A stretch of 64,000 nt of DNA from Myxococcales bacterium (GTDB lineage Bacteria; Myxococcota; Myxococcia; Myxococcales; Anaeromyxobacteraceae): positions 1 through 64,000 of the forward strand of contig JBBQEB010000002.1 of NCBI GenBank assembly GCA_038320275.1. The letters run 5' to 3'. Each line of letters opens with the position of its first letter. Positions within the stretch are counted from its first letter, which is position 1. Below are positions 59,843-64,000 of the stretch, in pieces. The notes beneath the pieces are model-generated. The model made no database searches and had not been told where the DNA came from. It saw only the letters and a program-made list of their open reading frames with translations. The translations under genes and the position numbers were made by a program.

Positions 59843-61363
59843 ATGACCACGCTTGCCGCACCCATGCTCGCTGGGCTCCTCGCGCTCGCCGCGGCGCCCC
59901 GCGCCGGGCCGGCCGCGCCTCCGGTTTCGCCCTCCGGCACGCCGGCCGGAGCGAAGGCGGCCAGGGCGCCCGGGGTGCTGGAGCTGCGCCGGCCCGCCAC
60001 GCCCGAGTGGTTCGGCCTGTATCTCATGGGCAAGAAGGCCGGCTGGTCCGTGTCGTCGGTGCGCCAGGAGGTGCGCCAGGGCCGCAAGGTGGTGGTGGCC
60101 AGCACGGAGTCGGTGGTCTCCGGCCTGGTGGGGGGTCGACAGGTGCAGCGCTCCCAGTCCGACGAGAAGGTGTACGAGGCCCGGCCTGGCGGGCGGCTGC
60201 TCGGGTTCAAGAGCACGCGCAAGGGGGACGGCGGCGACCGCTCCGTTGAGGGCCGCTGCGAGGGCGAGCGCTGCAGGGCCCTGCTGGTGGCCGAGGGGCA
60301 GCGGCAGGAGCTGCCCATCCCCGGGGTGACCGAAACGGTGGAACAGGCCGACGGCGCGCGGCTGGCAGCGGCCCGGCGCGGGAGCGTGGAGGGCCAGCAG
60401 CTCGACCTCGAGAAGCTGCGGCTGAAGCCGATGCGCGACCGCTGGGTGGGGTCGGCCCGCGTGGCCGCCGCCGGCGTGCAGGCCGAGGTGGAGCTGGTGG
60501 AGGAGCTGGAGGAGGGGGACCGTGCCGCCACGCGGGTGTCCATCGCTCCCGATGGAAGAATCGTGGAGCTCCGCCTGGGCGACGCCGTCGTGGCGAGGGC
60601 CGAGCCGGAGGAGACGGCCAAGCGGCTCGACAAGGTGGACCTGTTCGCGCTCACCCGGGTGAAGCTGCCGCACGCGCTGCCGCGCACGGTCCCCGGCGAG
60701 GTGCGGTACGTGCTGACCGGCGTGCCGGCCGGGTTCCAGGCGGAGGATCCCCGCCAGCGCTGGGCCGCGCGGGAGGGGGGCGCGGTCGAGCTCACCGTCC
60801 AGGCGCGCCGGCCCGCGGCGGAAGATCCGGCGAAGGACGCGGCCCGCGCCCGGCTGGCGGCGGCCGGCGGCGACGAGCTCCTGGCGCCCACGCCCGAGGT
60901 GGACGCCGATGCCCCCGCCATCCGGCGCCTCGCGGCCGAGGTGGTGGGCTCGACCCCGGGGACTTACGCGGCCAGCGTGAAGCTCGTCCACCACGTGTAC
61001 CGGCGGCTGGAGAAGGCGTACGGCGTCTCGCGGGACCGCGCGAGCGAGGTGCTGGTGCTGGGCAAGGGAGACTGCACGGAGCACGCCCTCCTCTTCACGG
61101 CGCTCGCCAGGGCGGCGGGGATCCCCGCGCGCCAGGTGCACGGGCTCGTGTACGCGCGCTACGACGACGGCGTGGACGGCCTCTACTGGCACGCCTGGGT
61201 GGAGGTGAGGAGCGGGACAGAGTGGATCGCGGTCGATCCCACCTTCGACCAGGAGGTGGCGGACGCGACGCACATCGTGCTCGGCCGCGGGCCGCAGGTC
61301 GACACGGTGGGCCTCCTGGGCGCGCTGCAGGTGGCCTCCGCGGAGCCGGTCGCGAGCCCGTGA
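59843..61363 (+). CDS. Exported transglutaminase-like cysteine protease domain protein
   Basis: Signal peptide; GDCTEHA, AAGIPAR, HAWVEV, DPT (Cys-His-Asp triad). Confidence 0.85.
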   Translation: MTTLAAPMLAGLLALAAAPRAGPAAPPVSPSGTPAGAKAARAPGVLELRRPATPEWFGLYLMGKKAGWSVSSVRQEVRQGRKVVVASTESVVSGLVGGRQVQRSQSDEKVYEARPGGRLLGFKSTRKGDGGDRSVEGRCEGERCRALLVAEGQRQELPIPGVTETVEQADGARLAAARRGSVEGQQLDLEKLRLKPMRDRWVGSARVAAAGVQAEVELVEELEEGDRAATRVSIAPDGRIVELRLGDAVVARAEPEETAKRLDKVDLFALTRVKLPHALPRTVPGEVRYVLTGVPAGFQAEDPRQRWAAREGGAVELTVQARRPAAEDPAKDAARARLAAAGGDELLAPTPEVDADAPAIRRLAAEVVGSTPGTYAASVKLVHHVYRRLEKAYGVSRDRASEVLVLGKGDCTEHALLFTALARAAGIPARQVHGLVYARYDDGVDGLYWHAWVEVRSGTEWIAVDPTFDQEVADATHIVLGRGPQVDTVGLLGALQVASAEPVASP

Positions 61364-61457
61364 TCCGGAGGCGAGGCGCCGCCGCGTCCGAATCGACGCC
61401 ACGCCCGGCGCCGGGGCGCTACAATGCCCGTCCTTTTCCGATCTGGAGAACGCACCC

Positions 61458-61871
61458 ATGAACGGCCTCGACCATGTCGCCATCCTCGTCTCGGACCTCG
61501 ACGCGGCCATCGCGCTCTACCGCGACGTCTACGGCCTCGAGCTGGCCGAGGTGGAGGAGGTGCCGAGCGAGAAGGTGCGGGTCGCCATCTTCGGGCACGG
61601 CTCGGGCCGCATCGAGCTCGTCTCTCCGCTCGGCCCCGACAGCCCCATGGCGGCCACCCTCGCCAAGCGCGGCGAGGGGCTGCACCACGTCTGCCTCGAG
61701 GTGCCCGACATCGAGAAGGCCATGTCCGCGCTCTCGGCCCGGGGCGCGCCGCTGCTCGACAAGGTTCCGCGCCCAGGCGCGGGGGGCGCCAGGGTGGCGT
61801 TCGTGCATCCCAAGGGCAGCAAGGGCGTGCTGGTGGAGCTGCGGCAGGGGCCGCCTGCCCAAACGCCGTGA
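61458..61871 (+). CDS. mce: Methylmalonyl-CoA epimerase (VOC family)
   Basis: LDHVAI, IELVSP, GEGLHHVC, VAFVHPK..GVLVEL. Confidence 0.88.
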   Translation: MNGLDHVAILVSDLDAAIALYRDVYGLELAEVEEVPSEKVRVAIFGHGSGRIELVSPLGPDSPMAATLAKRGEGLHHVCLEVPDIEKAMSALSARGAPLLDKVPRPGAGGARVAFVHPKGSKGVLVELRQGPPAQTP

Positions 61872-61945
61872 GCACCGCGGAGCGCGATTTGAGAAACCCG
61901 TCACACATCGGGGAGCGCCCCCTGGCGCCCCTCCAGAGGTCATCC

Positions 61946-64000
61946 ATGTCACGGCTGTCCACCGCGCTGCTCGCGGCCGTCTTGATCGTCCCGGCCTTCT
62001 CCCGCGCGCAGGGGGCGGGCCCCACCGGAACCTCCAGCAAGCCGGCCAACCCCGCGGGGCCGGCCACCGGTGTAACGGCGGGCGGGACGCCGGACGCCGC
62101 AGCCCCGGGGGCGTCCAGCTCCGGAGCGAGCGCCCCTGCCGCCGGCGCCAGCGGCACGGGCAAGGACGCGCCCGCTCCGCCGCGACCGTCGCTCTCGCCA
62201 GCCCCGTTGCCAGGGGCGCCGGGCCAGCCCGCGGCGGCCTCGACCGAGCTCGACCCAGCCACCCGCGACCTCGTCCGGCGCGAGGTGGAGAAGGCCAAGG
62301 AGGAGATGCGCGACGAGATGCGCGCCGAGGTGCAGGGGGCGCAGTCGGCCCGAGAGTTCATGGAGACCTCCGCGGCCGGCGAGCGCCCGAGGCTCGAGTT
62401 CCTCCAGCTCAACGGCTACCTGCGCGTCCGCGGCGACCTCTTCGACAACCTCGACCTGCGCCGCGATCCGGGCCCGTCCGGCTACTCCCTGTTCCCGAGG
62501 CCGCTCGTGGACCCCGATCACCGCGGCACGCTCACCACCGCCAACACGCGCTTCCGGCTGGAGCCCACGCTCAACGTCTCCGAGCAGGTGCGGGTGCTGG
62601 CACAGGTCGACATGCTCGACAACCTCGTGCTGGGATCGACGCCGCAGGGGCTCTTCGCGCGCTCGGATGGCGTCGCCTTTCCCTTGGACGTCCGCACCCA
62701 GGTGCCGCCCGCCGACGGCGTCAACGCCGACCGCAGCTCGATCGTGGTGAAGCGCGCCTGGGCCGAGGTGCAGACGCCGGTGGGGCTCCTCTCCTTCGGG
62801 CGCATGCCGTCCTCCTGGGGGCTCGGCATCCTGTCGCACGCCGGGAACGGCATCGACGACGACTACGGCGACAGCGTCGACCGGCTGCAGTTCGCGCTGA
62901 CGCCGCTCAAGACGCCGCTCGGGCAGCTGGTGCTCGTGCCCATGTACGAGATCGTCGCGACCGGCGTCACCTCGCAGGATCTGAGGGTGGCTCGCGGGCT
63001 GGGGCAGCCCTTCGACCGCGACTCGTCCGACGACGCCAAGGCGTACGGCGTGAAGATCCTTCGCATGGACACCGAGGAGGAGACGAAGCGCAAGCTCGAG
63101 CGGGACGAGACGAGCTCGTCCTTCGGCCTCTGGTACATGTACAAGTCGCAGGCCTACGCCTTTCCGCAATGGGCTGCGTCGAGCACGCTGCCCTCCACCG
63201 GCCAGCCGGTGGCGAACGACGCAGGCACCGGGACCACCGGGTCCAACGACGCGGTGGGGACCCCGGTGAAGCGCGAAGCCACCGCGCACGTGCTCGACTT
63301 CTGGTGGAAGCGTCAGTCGCGCCGCTTCCGCTTCGAGGGAGAGCTGGTCGGGCTCTTCGGCCAGATCGCGAACGCGGGCACCGACGTCGCCCCGGTGGGC
63401 CCCGTGCTGCTGCGGCAGTTCGGCGGGAACGTGCAGGCGGGCTGGAAGTTCGCCGATGGCAAGCTGACGCTGGGCGGCGAGCTGGGGATGGCCAGCGGGG
63501 ACAGGAACCCGGGCTTCGGCAACCGCCCCGGGCGCGGCCCCGCCCGCTGCGGGGTCGGCACCCTCGGGGTCCGGGACTGCGACGTGGACGGCGCGCAGTT
63601 CGACCCGGGCGACGGCACGCTGGCGCACCCGGCCGACCGCGTGCTCGACATCCGGAACTTCCGGTTCAACCCCGCCTACCGGGTGGACCTCATCCTCTGG
63701 CGCGAGGTCCTGCAAGGCGTGACCGACGCGGCCTACCTCAAGCCCACCGTCCGCTACGAGCTCATCGAAGGGCTCGCCGCGCAGGCGGCGGTGGTCTACT
63801 CGCAGGCGGTGTACGCGAGCTCGACGCCGTCGGGCACGCACGCGCCGCTCGGACTGGAGCTCGACCTGGGCCTCTCCTACCAGTCGGACGACGGCTTCAT
63901 CGCCTTCCTGAATTACGGGCTCCTGCAGCCGCTCTCCGGGCTCGGGTACGAGAATCCCGAGGGGCGCAGCCTCTCCCGCGCCCACGCCATCCGCTCGGGC
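61946..64000 (+). CDS. TIGR04551-like myxobacterial outer-membrane protein (runs off the window end)
   Basis: Not in the ORF track (no stop in the window). Signal peptide, Pro/Ala linker, LNGYLRVRGDLFDNLDL, VKRAWAEVQTPVG, NFRFNPAYRVDLILWRE; family recalled from memory. Confidence 0.7.
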   Translation, partial: MSRLSTALLAAVLIVPAFSRAQGAGPTGTSSKPANPAGPATGVTAGGTPDAAAPGASSSGASAPAAGASGTGKDAPAPPRPSLSPAPLPGAPGQPAAASTELDPATRDLVRREVEKAKEEMRDEMRAEVQGAQSAREFMETSAAGERPRLEFLQLNGYLRVRGDLFDNLDLRRDPGPSGYSLFPRPLVDPDHRGTLTTANTRFRLEPTLNVSEQVRVLAQVDMLDNLVLGSTPQGLFARSDGVAFPLDVRTQVPPADGVNADRSSIVVKRAWAEVQTPVGLLSFGRMPSSWGLGILSHAGNGIDDDYGDSVDRLQFALTPLKTPLGQLVLVPMYEIVATGVTSQDLRVARGLGQPFDRDSSDDAKAYGVKILRMDTEEETKRKLERDETSSSFGLWYMYKSQAYAFPQWAASSTLPSTGQPVANDAGTGTTGSNDAVGTPVKREATAHVLDFWWKRQSRRFRFEGELVGLFGQIANAGTDVAPVGPVLLRQFGGNVQAGWKFADGKLTLGGELGMASGDRNPGFGNRPGRGPARCGVGTLGVRDCDVDGAQFDPGDGTLAHPADRVLDIRNFRFNPAYRVDLILWREVLQGVTDAAYLKPTVRYELIEGLAAQAAVVYSQAVYASSTPSGTHAPLGLELDLGLSYQSDDGFIAFLNYGLLQPLSGLGYENPEGRSLSRAHAIRSG

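Overview
High-GC, gene-dense window that looks like an Anaeromyxobacter-like member of the Myxococcota (inferred from an Oar-type TonB-dependent receptor, a MYXO-CTERM-like tail, a TIGR04551-like protein and GGTCGN repeats). It holds housekeeping genes (rpsB-tsf split from pyrH-frr, mutM, rnhB, pcnB, nadE, tkt, treY, malQ, gluQ, miaE, pepA, queF, aceA, mce), a tonB / receptor / lipoprotein locus and a vapBC module. An accessory block at about 42-56.7 kb carries a metzincin lipoprotein plus HEAT protein, a TTT transporter plus tartrate dehydrogenase, a sigma54 two-component system with a Spy/ZraP-like protein, lipid phosphatase/kinase genes, a CDF transporter and decayed ZIP and IS fragments. 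Highlights: (1) an isocitrate lyase fused to a C-terminal hemerythrin-like domain; (2) a hidden Cys-free selenocysteine Bcp peroxiredoxin (in-frame UGA at the catalytic position with a SECIS-like hairpin), missed by the ORF track; (3) a Spy/ZraP-like protein with a Cys/His/Gly-rich tail under a clear sigma54 promoter; (4) several cryptic gene remnants (ppk2, ZIP, AI-2E-like, IS1182-like). No tRNA, rRNA or CRISPR array was recognised. All calls come from manual motif recognition; no searches were run.
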